A stretch of DNA of 64,000 nucleotides. Origin: Candidatus Latescibacterota bacterium. Its GTDB lineage: Bacteria > Krumholzibacteriota > Krumholzibacteriia > WVZY01. Positions 18,941 through 29,069 of the stretch are shown piece by piece. The stretch covers positions 2,577,501 to 2,641,500 of the forward strand of contig CP070677.1 of assembly GCA_020352495.1 (NCBI GenBank), read 5' to 3'. Each line of letters opens with the position of its first letter. The stretch's first letter is position 1. The notes under the pieces were generated by a model that searched no databases, was not told where the DNA came from, and was given only the letters and a program-made list of their open reading frames with translations. Position numbers and translations under genes: made by a program.

Positions 18941-21900
18941 TTACTTGCAGGGCAAGAACCGAACGGCCGTTTCCATTTCCTCGAGCACCTGTTCGAGCGC
19001 CGACAACGCCTCGTCGATGTCCTGCCCCGTAGTTTTGTGCGACATCGAAAACCTCACCGAACAGTGAGCATCCTCTTCGGATCGTCCCATGGCGATCAAC
19101 ACATGTGTCGGTTTTGGCGATCCCGACTTGCACGCAGACCCCGACGAGATCGAGACTCCGTGCTGATCGAGCGCCACGACCAGCGATTCGCCTCGAAGTC
19201 CCGGGAGAGTCATATTGAGCGTGTTGGGAAGCCTCTTCTCACGATGTCCGTTGAGTATCGCGTCGGGGACGAGTCGTTTGACGCCCTCCTCGAGACGATC
19301 CCTCAACAGTCTCATTTCTCCGGATTTGTTGACGTTTCTTAGCGCAAGCACGGCGGCCTCTCCCATCCCGACGATCGCCGGCACGTTCTCCGTCCCCGCT
19401 CGCAATCCACCCTCCTGCATTCCCCCGTGGAGAAGCGGCTCCAGCTTGATACCCTTTCTCACGTACAGGGCGCCAACACCCTTTGGCCCGTGGAACTTGT
19501 GACCGGAGAGGGTGAGCATATCGACGCCAAGCTCTTCCACGTCGATCTTTATTTTTCCAGCTGCCTGCACGGCATCGGTGTGAAACAACACGCCCTTGGA
19601 GTGAGCGATCCGGCACAACTCCTCGATTGGGAGAATCGTTCCAACTTCGTTATTGGCCATCATGACCGACACGAGAACCGTTCGCTCATTGATCGCCGAC
19701 TCGAGCGTACTCGGATCCAAACAACCCTCTTGATCCACCTCGAGATAGGTCACCTCATGACCGTGTCGCTCCAAAAACCCGCACGTTCCCAACACAGCCG
19801 GATGTTCAACCCGGGTCGTAACAACGTGATTCAGCTGGCCCCGATGAGCGAACGCCACGCCCTTGACCGCCAGATTGTCCGCTTCCGATCCCCCACCGGT
19901 GAACATGATTCTGCGTGGACGCGCGTTTATTAGCTGACCCACCTGTCGCCGCGCCCGATCGATTGCCTCCCTGGCGTCGCGCCCGGCTCCGTGGATGCTC
20001 GATGGGTTCCCGTGTTTTGTCTCCAAATATGGCAGCATCGCTTGCCGAACCTCGTCGGCCAACTCGGTGGTTGCGTTGTTGTCGAGGTATATCCGTGTAG
20101 CAGATTTCTTCCGTTGCCGCTGTCTCCCAACCGGACGTGAGCCGCCTCCCACTTTCGAATGTTCAAATGTTTTCTCTTTCGCCGGTCTTTTCTTTTTGCG
20201 AACCTGCGCACCGCCGCCGAGCTCGTTCACTCTCACGACATCGCAAAGAAGCGCTTTGTACACGGGAAACCCCGTTATCTCGTCGTAGTTGGTGATGTCG
20301 GTGAGCTCGTTGACATTCCGCTCCCGCCACTCCCGGGGCCCAGCGGGCGCCCCTCCACCCATGTTGCATTCGACGGCACCCTCCGTGATATACTCCGTCA
20401 CACGGGCACGAAATTTGACAGCCCCTCGGGGTGTCCGTACCTCGACAAGATCACCGTCTTCGATACCTCGTGATTCGGCGTCAGCGACGTTGATCTCCAC
20501 AAAGGGTTCGGGATTGTCCTTTACAAGACCATCGATCCCGTGATGCTGCGATCGAAAATCGGTATGCAGCCGCGCGCCGGAGTTGAAAACCAGCGGGAAA
20601 TCCGCAGCCAACTCCCTGTCGGCAACTGGTCCCTCGGTGGGCTCGGTGTATTTTGGCAACGGCTCGTATCCATACTCATCGAGAATCATCGAGTGGATTT
20701 CGAACTTGCCCGTTGGCGTATCGAATCCCGGTTTTCCGTCTTTTCGAAGTCTCCCCTTCTCCCATTTCTTGAACTCCATCATTGGTGTGTCGATCTTCAC
20801 CCATCCCCCCGCGTTTTCTACATCCTCGAGCGTATACCCCGAGCCTTCGAGCGCCGTTCGAATCATCTCTTCTTCGGACTGCGGGTAGAGGTGACCGTAC
20901 CCCAACCGGTCGGCCAGCCCCGCCATGATCAAGTAGTCGTTCCGCGCCTCCCCGACCGGCTCAATCAACTTCTCCCTCAAACGAAATAGCGGACCATATA
21001 CCATATATGAATCGATCTCGAACATTGTCGTCGCTGGAAGTACCACATCAGCGTAGCTGGCGTCCGCCGTGAGCTGGCGGTCTATGCAGACAAGATATTC
21101 GAGCCTGGAGAGCGTCTCACGCCAGAGAGGTGTCTGTGGCCATGACGTCATCAGAGACGCCCCGTGAACGATCAAGCCGCGGATGCGATACGGGTCGCTC
21201 TTGAGGACCGAGTCCACGAGTCCACTTGCGTGTGACTCGCCACGATAGTCGCTGTAAACCGGAAATCGTTGACGCGCGACGGCCAGGTCGATGTTTGGGT
21301 TCTTTTGATTACAGTTCCGGTTTATCGGGAAATGGGTACGGAGCATCGCAAGCCCGATCCCCCCGGGAACGTCCAACTGACCGGCGAGCGCAAAGAGTGT
21401 GAGAACAGCACGTATCGCTTGAACGCCGGTGTTGGAATACTCCAACCCCGTATACATAACCGGACAAGCCCCGGTGGCGTTGCAGATTCGGCGAGCCAAC
21501 TCACGCGTCGTGTCGGCCGGCACACCGGTGATCGATTCCACGACCTCGGGTGAGAAGTGTTGAACGTAACTCTTGAGTTCGTCGAAACCGTGACACCAGT
21601 TTTCGGCAAAATCTTCGTCATGGAGGTCCTCATCGATCATGACTTCGATGATCCCAAGAGCGAGCGCACCGTCGGTGCCCGGTCGGATCGGAACCCACTG
21701 CGCCCCCGTTCTTCGTGTCGTCTCACTCATTCGAGGATCGATGACAATGACGTCGGCGCTTCGGTTTGCCGCCGCTTCCAGACGGTGCATGTCGAGAGGT
21801 GGCGAGTCGGTGGCTGGGTTCGCGCCCCACACGACGAGCGTTTCCGCGTTCTCGATGTCTGTGAACATGTCGACGAGCATTCTTCCCATCGTCACATGCG

Positions 21901-22450
21901 GTGCGATCATGGCAAACGACACGTAACAGAGCGCACCGACACCCATCGTGTTGGGTGATCCAAAGGGGAACAGAACGTTTGACGCCGATGATACGGCCAC
22001 GCCCTTCGGTTGATACATGTCGCACAGCGACAGTTCGAATGCCCCTCGCCCCGTATAAATCGCCACCGCCTCGGGCCCTGATTCTTTTTTTATGTTCAAC
22101 AGCCGACGCGAAATTTCGTCGTACGCCTCATCCCATGTGAATCGTTCGAACTCGCGGGACGGTTTTGGACCGACACGCCTCAGGGGGTGTCTCAGTCGAT
22201 GCGTGGAATAGACAATCTCCGGGGCGTGTTCGCCACGTCTGCAAATCATCCCCAACGGATGACCCTTGTCCGCGCGGATGTCGATCATCTCCCCATCCCG
22301 GATGGCCACTTCAACCCAACACCCGGCCGGACAAATTCCGCAGATCCCCTTCTTCCATTCGGGGCTAACGGTTCTGTAATTGGCTTTCTTCGACACCTCG
22401 AATCGCCTCTCCATCTGGCCCGATCGGAGATGTTTCCGTCTCACAGACAC
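18941..22450 (-). CDS. molybdopterin (bis-MGD) oxidoreductase fused in frame to a class V aminotransferase / cysteine desulfurase (NifS/IscS-like)
   Basis: 1169 aa single ORF. N-terminal ~770 aa: 4Fe-4S Cys motif GICGICPAGCWVEV...ICRRG, MopB domain, then a molybdopterin-dinucleotide-binding domain (...EINVADAESRGIEDGDLVEVRTPRGAVKFRARVTE...). Basic linker VRKKKRPAKEK...RQRQRKK. C-terminal ~390 aa: RIYLDNNATTE...SGHKFHGPKGVGALYVRKG (PLP-Lys)...SSGSACKSG (active-site Cys loop). No TAT signal, so cytoplasmic. Confidence 0.8.
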   Translation of the reverse strand: MSVRRKHLRSGQMERRFEVSKKANYRTVSPEWKKGICGICPAGCWVEVAIRDGEMIDIRADKGHPLGMICRRGEHAPEIVYSTHRLRHPLRRVGPKPSREFERFTWDEAYDEISRRLLNIKKESGPEAVAIYTGRGAFELSLCDMYQPKGVAVSSASNVLFPFGSPNTMGVGALCYVSFAMIAPHVTMGRMLVDMFTDIENAETLVVWGANPATDSPPLDMHRLEAAANRSADVIVIDPRMSETTRRTGAQWVPIRPGTDGALALGIIEVMIDEDLHDEDFAENWCHGFDELKSYVQHFSPEVVESITGVPADTTRELARRICNATGACPVMYTGLEYSNTGVQAIRAVLTLFALAGQLDVPGGIGLAMLRTHFPINRNCNQKNPNIDLAVARQRFPVYSDYRGESHASGLVDSVLKSDPYRIRGLIVHGASLMTSWPQTPLWRETLSRLEYLVCIDRQLTADASYADVVLPATTMFEIDSYMVYGPLFRLREKLIEPVGEARNDYLIMAGLADRLGYGHLYPQSEEEMIRTALEGSGYTLEDVENAGGWVKIDTPMMEFKKWEKGRLRKDGKPGFDTPTGKFEIHSMILDEYGYEPLPKYTEPTEGPVADRELAADFPLVFNSGARLHTDFRSQHHGIDGLVKDNPEPFVEINVADAESRGIEDGDLVEVRTPRGAVKFRARVTEYITEGAVECNMGGGAPAGPREWRERNVNELTDITNYDEITGFPVYKALLCDVVRVNELGGGAQVRKKKRPAKEKTFEHSKVGGGSRPVGRQRQRKKSATRIYLDNNATTELADEVRQAMLPYLETKHGNPSSIHGAGRDAREAIDRARRQVGQLINARPRRIMFTGGGSEADNLAVKGVAFAHRGQLNHVVTTRVEHPAVLGTCGFLERHGHEVTYLEVDQEGCLDPSTLESAINERTVLVSVMMANNEVGTILPIEELCRIAHSKGVLFHTDAVQAAGKIKIDVEELGVDMLTLSGHKFHGPKGVGALYVRKGIKLEPLLHGGMQEGGLRAGTENVPAIVGMGEAAVLALRNVNKSGEMRLLRDRLEEGVKRLVPDAILNGHREKRLPNTLNMTLPGLRGESLVVALDQHGVSISSGSACKSGSPKPTHVLIAMGRSEEDAHCSVRFSMSHKTTGQDIDEALSALEQVLEEMETAVRFLPCK

Positions 22451-22655
22451 GGCAAACGGATCCCCGCTTCGTGCGTTGTCGAAAGGACAAAAGCAGAGCC
22501 CGGTCGTACAAGCCTGATCCGACTCGACAACCGGGCTCTATTGAATCGCCATCGCGTTGGCGGTGCCCGACCGGTGGATCTTCATCACCACCGGTTTCAC
22601 ACACCGATTCACGTCCTGGTGCTGTCATCGGCAAATCGACGACAACTACTCAAGA

Positions 22656-23966
22656 CTACTTGCCTTTCGCGATGTCCTCGAGCATGGCAGTCGTCAAAGA
22701 CTTCGGCCGCTCGATCGGATAGCCAAGCGCTCGTGACCAGGTGAGGTTCGCCAGGGTCCCGATGGCGCGCCCGATGCCAAAGAGCACCGTGTAGAACGAG
22801 TAATCAGTGACACCGTAATACCACTGAATGACTCCGGACTGCGCGTCGACGTTTGGCCACGGATTCTTTGCTTTCCCCTGTTCCTGGAGTACGCCGGGTG
22901 CGACTTTGTAGATCATGCTGATCACCTTGAACAGCGGGTAATCCGGCAAGTTCTTCAGACAGAACTCACGCTGCGACGTATAGCGCGGGTCTGTCTTCCG
23001 GAGCACCGCGTGCCCGTAGCCCGGGATTACCTGTCCGCTGTTCAGCGTTTCCCACAGCGCGTCTTTGACCACGTCCTCCGTCGGCTCCTTGTCTCCGAGC
23101 TTCTCCATGAAGTTCTGCGTCCACCGCAGCACCTCCTCGTTCGCGAGACCGTGGAGCGGTCCGGCCAGACCATTGATCCCCGCCGACAGCGCGTAGTAGC
23201 AGTCGGACAGCGCGGACCCAACGAGGTGAATCGCGTGCGCCGAGACGTTCCCCGACTCGTGATCCGAGTGCAGGATGAAATACATACGCGCAACGTCGTC
23301 GTAGGGATGATCGATCCCCATCATGTGGGCGAAATTCCCGCCCAGGTCGAGTTTTGGATCCGGCGCGACGATGTCACCGTTCTTGAATTTGTGACGATAG
23401 ATGAACGCCCCGATGGTCGGCAGCTTCGCCATCAAATTGCAGCAGTCCTCGTACATCGGGTCCCAGAGCTCCATCTTGCTCAGCCCCTCGCGGTACTTCT
23501 TGGCAAAGACGGACTCGCGCTGCATCGACAGGATCGCCGTCGAGAACATCGTCATCGGGTGGGTGTCCGGAGACATCGCCCGAAGAACATCCCACACGTA
23601 TGATGGAACTTCGGAACGGGCCTTGAAGTCGGCAGCCACTTCCTGCGCCTGCTCGAGCGTCGGTACATCACCGGTCAAGATGAAATACCAAAAGCCCTCC
23701 ACGTACGGGTAGTCGCTACCCGGCACCTTTGGCAGTGCTTCGAAGGTCTCCGGTATTGTCTTGCCACGGAACCGGATCCCTTCCATCGGGTCCAGATACG
23801 AGGTGTCGGTCACCAGACACCTGACCCCACGGGCTCCGCCGATGACCTGGGCAATCGTCACATCGCTGACTTTGACATCCCCGTGCTCCTTGAGGAGCTT
23901 GGTCGTGCGAGGACGATGCTCGTCGATTTTTTGCGCCAGCACTTTCTTGAGCGTGGACATGCTCAC
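22656..23966 (-). CDS. gltA: citrate synthase (eukaryotic-like/type I, ~436 aa)
   Basis: Full-length match to citrate synthase motifs (GYGHAVLRKTDPRYTSQREF; MFSTAILSMQRES; HSDHESGNVSAHAIHLVGSALSD). Confidence 0.9.
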   Translation of the reverse strand: MSMSTLKKVLAQKIDEHRPRTTKLLKEHGDVKVSDVTIAQVIGGARGVRCLVTDTSYLDPMEGIRFRGKTIPETFEALPKVPGSDYPYVEGFWYFILTGDVPTLEQAQEVAADFKARSEVPSYVWDVLRAMSPDTHPMTMFSTAILSMQRESVFAKKYREGLSKMELWDPMYEDCCNLMAKLPTIGAFIYRHKFKNGDIVAPDPKLDLGGNFAHMMGIDHPYDDVARMYFILHSDHESGNVSAHAIHLVGSALSDCYYALSAGINGLAGPLHGLANEEVLRWTQNFMEKLGDKEPTEDVVKDALWETLNSGQVIPGYGHAVLRKTDPRYTSQREFCLKNLPDYPLFKVISMIYKVAPGVLQEQGKAKNPWPNVDAQSGVIQWYYGVTDYSFYTVLFGIGRAIGTLANLTWSRALGYPIERPKSLTTAMLEDIAKGK

Positions 23967-24192
23967 TCTCCCTTCGCTTGAGTTGACTCATCCCCGAGTC
24001 GCCGCCTCCGCGGCTTTTTTGCATCGGTGGATTCGTGCTGAGACCTACATAGGAAACACTTGTTTTGACTCACAAAGAGATGCCGTCCGTACCTTGCGCC
24101 CTGGTGATTTCGACTCGATTCTTCTGACTCCGGCCGCAACGCCGGTCCACAACACCTCTCGAACGAGAACTGGCGATCACGATTTTCTGGCA

Positions 24193-25758
24193 TCATTCGT
24201 TGATCTCCGACGTCAGCTTCTGTTTCGCCAGAATCTCGAGGGGAAAAGGTTCTTGCTCTAATTGCTCCTCTCTTTTGGGAAAAAACTTCTGCAGATCGGT
24301 CAGATGAACACCGATGTCCGGCGTCATACCCGTGTCGATCAGCTTACGCGCAATCCGTATGTATTCGTCGCGTACCATGTTGATGAACTTGTCTTTGCTC
24401 CGATCCTTCTCCGAAATACTCCTGAACTCGAAGTATTCCCGGGTGTTCTGCGGGGCTTTGAGAATCAGGGTGGGAGTCTTGTCTTCCTCCTCTTCCACCC
24501 GCCCCCGAAACGTGGCTTCGTAAAACATCGGGGATAGGTCTTCGTGTGTGATGTTCCAGTAGCGCTGGTATGGCCTGTGGGTGAAGAAGTCGATCTTGTC
24601 TTCTTCGGTCACGCCGATCGCAAAGATGCTACCTGGGAACTGTGAATCCGAGATCTCGTAGTCGGAGTACACCACTTCGCCGCACTTAGTGAGCTTGTCA
24701 TCTTCGACTGTGCCGACCTTCTTGGCATGCTCTGTCCGTTTTTGCGAACGCACCTCCTTGATCCCACGAAGAAGCTCCAGCTTCTCGCATTCCGGAGCGT
24801 GTTTCGCCGCTGCCTCGCCCTCTTTCTGGAACGGTAGAGAGATTGAAATCGTGGTCCCCTTGTCCACCTCGCTCTCGATCGAGAGCTCCCCCCCAAAATC
24901 CGCAACAGTCTGTCTGACAAAAACGAAACCGAGGGAATGGAGCTCTCCGTCGAGATTCTTCTTGTCGATCATAAGCTGCTGGATCTTCTCCGGTCCCATC
25001 CCCGACCCCGTATCCCGCACACGCAGAACGACCTTGTCGCCCTCGCGGTCGACACCGATGTTGAGGACACCCACCTTTCTGTGATTCATCGCATCCACCG
25101 CGTTCATGACTAGGTTGAAAAACATCCGGCGGAATCGATATCGATTGCCTTGAAGAATCGCCGAGTCCATGTTTTCGATTTGGATATCAACCCTCGCGCT
25201 CGATTTCTGGATAACGTATCCGTAGATGACGCTGCGGACAAAGTCCTGCAGTTCCTCGGCAATATCGAACTCCTCGGCGAGATCCTTGCTGCCCTTCTCC
25301 TCCATGAAATGCTGGATTCGATAGTACACACCGCAGATCCACCGAATACAGTTCAGGTATTGCGGACAGGATCGGACGCTTCTCGAATCCTTTGGCAGAA
25401 ACGACAACAGCTGGTCACTACGGCCCCATCTGGGGTTGAGGATCAGCTCGCATATGTCGTAGATTGTCTCGACGTACTTCTCACCCACCGCCAGAATCGT
25501 CCTGTCCGGAGAGAAGCTTTTTACCGCATTGCTGTACTCTTGAAGTATCTTCCGCTGACTGACCGCCTTGGCTTTGAGCTCTTGCAGATCCTCATCGTGA
25601 AGGGCCCGGGCCTGCTCGATGTTGTGGACTTCCAAATCGGTGTTGACCGTCACGTGAAAATGGATCACCTCGTTGATAAAGCTCTCCACCCGTAGATCAT
25701 GTATGAGGAACTTGATCTCCGCGACTTCCTTCTTTATGTCTTTCGTGTCCTTGACCAT
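24193..25758 (-). CDS. histidine-kinase-like ATPase (HATPase_c) protein with ~200-aa C-terminal domain of unknown function
   Basis: Start at MVKDTKDIKK. N/G1/G2 boxes (FFNLVMNAVDAM...VLRVRDTGSGMGPE...GLGFVFVRQTVADFGGELSIESEVDKGTTISISLP). No TM segments and a weak H-box. Long charged C-terminal extension. Confidence 0.6.
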   Translation of the reverse strand: MVKDTKDIKKEVAEIKFLIHDLRVESFINEVIHFHVTVNTDLEVHNIEQARALHDEDLQELKAKAVSQRKILQEYSNAVKSFSPDRTILAVGEKYVETIYDICELILNPRWGRSDQLLSFLPKDSRSVRSCPQYLNCIRWICGVYYRIQHFMEEKGSKDLAEEFDIAEELQDFVRSVIYGYVIQKSSARVDIQIENMDSAILQGNRYRFRRMFFNLVMNAVDAMNHRKVGVLNIGVDREGDKVVLRVRDTGSGMGPEKIQQLMIDKKNLDGELHSLGFVFVRQTVADFGGELSIESEVDKGTTISISLPFQKEGEAAAKHAPECEKLELLRGIKEVRSQKRTEHAKKVGTVEDDKLTKCGEVVYSDYEISDSQFPGSIFAIGVTEEDKIDFFTHRPYQRYWNITHEDLSPMFYEATFRGRVEEEEDKTPTLILKAPQNTREYFEFRSISEKDRSKDKFINMVRDEYIRIARKLIDTGMTPDIGVHLTDLQKFFPKREEQLEQEPFPLEILAKQKLTSEINE

Positions 25759-26020
25759 GGCTCGACCAGTGACGTGAACCAACGCTCTTTTGGGAGTTTG
25801 TAACCTCTCACACCCGGCCCTTCCGCGCCCGATCGACAGTCGTGGGAACACCGAGGATTATACGAGTGTCTCGAGGGGTTGAGGATCGACACCTTCGGAG
25901 TCTGATGCACCTGCGCGCCTGGCGCTCCTGAGACTACCAGATTCCTGCTGGTCTCGCAAGCGATTGAGCGACACACGGGGTTTTAATGTGTCAACGTCGG
26001 CCGCGACCATCGCGGGCAGA

Positions 26021-27667
26021 TCAGACCCGTTTTGGGCCCGATTCGATGACCTCCCGCGAACATCCTTCCTCGAAAAGCTTGAAGTTCTCGATGAACCGTG
26101 CGACCAAGGCGTCGTATTTCTTCCAGTATTCCTTTTTGTCCCCCCACGAGCTGGCCGGCTCGAGGACGTCCTCTGGCACGTCGGGACAGGTCAGAGGCAC
26201 CTCAAAGCCAAACAGTCTATCCTTTCGATACTCAACGTTGTCCAGTTTCCCGGTGAGGGCGGCATCCAGAAGGTTCCTCGTGTGGCCGATGCTGATTCGT
26301 TTGCCGACTCCAAAACGTCCTCCCACCCATCCAGTGTTCACGAGCCAGCATTTTGCCTTGTGTTTGAGCATCCGTTCCTTGAGCATCTGAGCGTATTCGA
26401 ACGGATGTCTGACCATAAACGGAGCCCCAAAGCACGCACTAAAGGTGATCTCCGGCTCGATTCCAAGTCCGATTTCAGTTCCAGCAATCTTTGAAGTGTA
26501 GCCGCTAATAAAATGATATTGCGCCTGTTCCGGATTGAGGAGGGCGATCGGCGGCATCACCCCGGACGCGTCACACGTCAGAAAAATGATGTTCTTTGGG
26601 TGGGTGTGAACATAGCCCTCGGCAACCCCATTGGGGATGAATTCGATTGGGTACGAAGCTCTTGTGTTTTCGGTCAGTATGTCGTCGTCGAGATCGATTC
26701 TCCTGCTTACCGGGTCAAAAACCACATTCTCCAGAATCGTCCGGAACCGCTTGGTGGTTGCATAGATCTGCGGCTCGTGTTCCGCAGACAGACGTATCAC
26801 CTTTGCATAACAACCGCCCTCGAAATTGAACACTCCCTCTGCACTCCACCCATGTTCGTCGTCGCCGATCAAGCGTCTCTTGGGGTCGGCCGAGAGCGTG
26901 GTCTTCCCCGTTCCGCTGAGCCCAAAGAACAGCGCAACGTCCCCCCCGTCTCCCACGTTGGCCGAACAGTGCATCGGTAGGACATCATCGAATGTGAGAA
27001 GGAAGTTCAATACGGTAAAGACAGACTTCTTGATCTCCCCGCCATAGAGCGAGTTGCAGATGATCCCCACCCGTTGATCGAAATTCAGAATGATCGCGGT
27101 ATTGCTCCGCGTTCCGTCTATCTTGGGGTCGACCCTGAAACCGTCCAATGCGATCACCGTGAAGTCCGGTACAAATCGTTTGAGCGCGTCCTGATCGTCT
27201 ATGGTGATGAACATGTTTCGGGCAAAGAGACTGTGCCACGCCTTCTCCGTTATGATTCGAACGTTCAGCCGGTACTGAGGATCGGCCCCGGCATAACAGT
27301 CCTGCACAAAAAGCTCCTCGTCTTGACAATACGCCTGCATCCGCGACTGGAGGGCGTTGAACTTCTCACTGCCAAACGGCCGGTTGTATACTCCCCACCA
27401 GACTTTGTCTTCGGTCGACTGCTCTCTCACGACATACTTATCCGCAGCGGCACGCGCCGTGTGTCTCCCGGTATTTACGAGAATCGGACCTTCGTGCGCA
27501 ATCCTTCCCTCGTTACGAAACACGATCTCTTCGTAAAGAGCCGGATCGGGCAGATTCCAGTAGACCTGATAAAGATGGTCGAGCCCGTGATTATTTAGCT
27601 TGTAGTCCGAAGCGAGTACTTCCGCTTCTTTCATCGCAGGAGTTTTGAATTTCAAATATTTGCTCAT
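26021..27667 (-). CDS. pckA: phosphoenolpyruvate carboxykinase (ATP)
   Basis: Start MSKYLKF. Kinase-1a loop FFGLSGTGKTTLS and PEPCK-ATP family motifs throughout. 4-nt overlap with the upstream aminotransferase indicates an operon. Confidence 0.9.
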   Translation of the reverse strand: MSKYLKFKTPAMKEAEVLASDYKLNNHGLDHLYQVYWNLPDPALYEEIVFRNEGRIAHEGPILVNTGRHTARAAADKYVVREQSTEDKVWWGVYNRPFGSEKFNALQSRMQAYCQDEELFVQDCYAGADPQYRLNVRIITEKAWHSLFARNMFITIDDQDALKRFVPDFTVIALDGFRVDPKIDGTRSNTAIILNFDQRVGIICNSLYGGEIKKSVFTVLNFLLTFDDVLPMHCSANVGDGGDVALFFGLSGTGKTTLSADPKRRLIGDDEHGWSAEGVFNFEGGCYAKVIRLSAEHEPQIYATTKRFRTILENVVFDPVSRRIDLDDDILTENTRASYPIEFIPNGVAEGYVHTHPKNIIFLTCDASGVMPPIALLNPEQAQYHFISGYTSKIAGTEIGLGIEPEITFSACFGAPFMVRHPFEYAQMLKERMLKHKAKCWLVNTGWVGGRFGVGKRISIGHTRNLLDAALTGKLDNVEYRKDRLFGFEVPLTCPDVPEDVLEPASSWGDKKEYWKKYDALVARFIENFKLFEEGCSREVIESGPKRV

Positions 27668-28881
27668 GTCCAATCCCTCACCAGCTTGCGGTCGCCAATG
27701 TACAGCTCGTTTGGCGAATTCGGATCCAACGCCCACTTCATTCGTTCGATTCCTTCAGTAATGTCTTTAATCGCGCCGCAGTAGCTCAACCGGAGATACC
27801 CATCCAGGCCAAACTCGGCTCCCGGCACCGTTAGCACCTGAACCTTGTCGATCAAATACTCCGACAACTTGTTCGAGTTTTTCTCGTACGCACTGAAGTC
27901 CGCAAAACAGTAGAAGGTACCGTCGGGTTTTGTGACCTTCACTCCCTCGAAGGAGTTGAGTCGCTCCATCATTACGTTCCGGTTGTTTTCGAGTGTGACT
28001 CGAAGGTTCTCCACGCTCGATTGAATACCGTTCAAGGCGCCAACCGCGGCCATCTGCAACAAGACAGATGGACCCGATGTCTGATGACCCTGAATATTGG
28101 TCATCACCTCGATGAGCTTCTTGGCAGCCACAGCCCAGCCAATTCTAAACCCTGTCATCGCGTACTGTTTGGAAACGCCGTTGACGAGAATGAGCTTCGA
28201 CTCATCAAGAGGCTTCTTTGTGTAATCGAATGGGTTGATAGGTTTTCGTCCGTCGAAAATCAGACGGTGATAGATGTCATCCATAATCAGATATAGATCC
28301 CGCTTCTCGCAAAATGCCACGACATCCGCGATAAACTCTTCCGAATACATCGCGCCGCTTGGATTGTTCGGGCTGTTGATGATCACGGCCTTGGTGTATG
28401 ACCCCACGCGCTGCTCGATGTCCAGAAGCCGGGGATAAAACGTCCCGTCCTCGGGGAGCGCGGCCACTCCAATCGCGCCACAGAGTTTTGCCATATCCGG
28501 ATAACTCACCCAGTAGGGCGCGGGATAGATGACCTCCTCTTGCGGATTGAGAACGGTCTGTAACGCGACCATCTCCGCCTGTTTTGCCCCGCCGGATGCC
28601 ATGACGTTTTCCGGTGCCACCAGACGATGGTAGAATTCCTCGGTGTACCGGATGATGGCCTTCTTCAGGGCGGGGATCCCATCGGCGGGCGTGTATCTTA
28701 TTTCGCCGGAGTTGAGAAGCCCCGTCGTCGCGAGAACCGCGTCCACCGGGGCCCTGCTTTTCGGCTCGCCTCCACCGAGATGAATCACCGGATCCCCCTT
28801 TTCGCGAAGGATTGCCGCCTTCTCGTTGAGGGCAAGCGTGGGGGAGGCGTGGATCGTCTTGGCAATTTCACTCAAACTCAT
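27664..28881 (-). CDS. pyridoxal phosphate-dependent aminotransferase (class I/II, aspartate aminotransferase family)
   Basis: Start MSLSEIAK. Motifs NSPNNPSGAMYS, GVSKQYAMTGFRIGW (PLP-Lys), YLRLSY. Confidence 0.85.
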   Translation of the reverse strand: MSLSEIAKTIHASPTLALNEKAAILREKGDPVIHLGGGEPKSRAPVDAVLATTGLLNSGEIRYTPADGIPALKKAIIRYTEEFYHRLVAPENVMASGGAKQAEMVALQTVLNPQEEVIYPAPYWVSYPDMAKLCGAIGVAALPEDGTFYPRLLDIEQRVGSYTKAVIINSPNNPSGAMYSEEFIADVVAFCEKRDLYLIMDDIYHRLIFDGRKPINPFDYTKKPLDESKLILVNGVSKQYAMTGFRIGWAVAAKKLIEVMTNIQGHQTSGPSVLLQMAAVGALNGIQSSVENLRVTLENNRNVMMERLNSFEGVKVTKPDGTFYCFADFSAYEKNSNKLSEYLIDKVQVLTVPGAEFGLDGYLRLSYCGAIKDITEGIERMKWALDPNSPNELYIGDRKLVRDWT

Positions 28882-29069
28882 AATCGGACCTCTGTGTGGA
28901 TAACAATCGAATCTGACCAAATATGTGTGTTCAGCTTTCGATAACGGATAGAATACTCTAGCTTATTTCCAATCCCGTATTCGTTCAACTGCTTTTTTTT
29001 CGGGGTCTACGGGCACTCCCCGGGCGAGTCGGCATGACCGACCTCGACCCATCCCGGTTGATCACAACC

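Noticed and set aside
20080-20200. Possibility that the Mo-oxidoreductase::NifS fusion is a frameshift/assembly artefact joining two genes
   Set aside because: Not supported by the sequence: the reading frame is continuous with no stop, and the desulfurase domain has no Met/GTG start with an RBS at its expected N-terminus. Retained as a genuine fusion, with read-level verification recommended.
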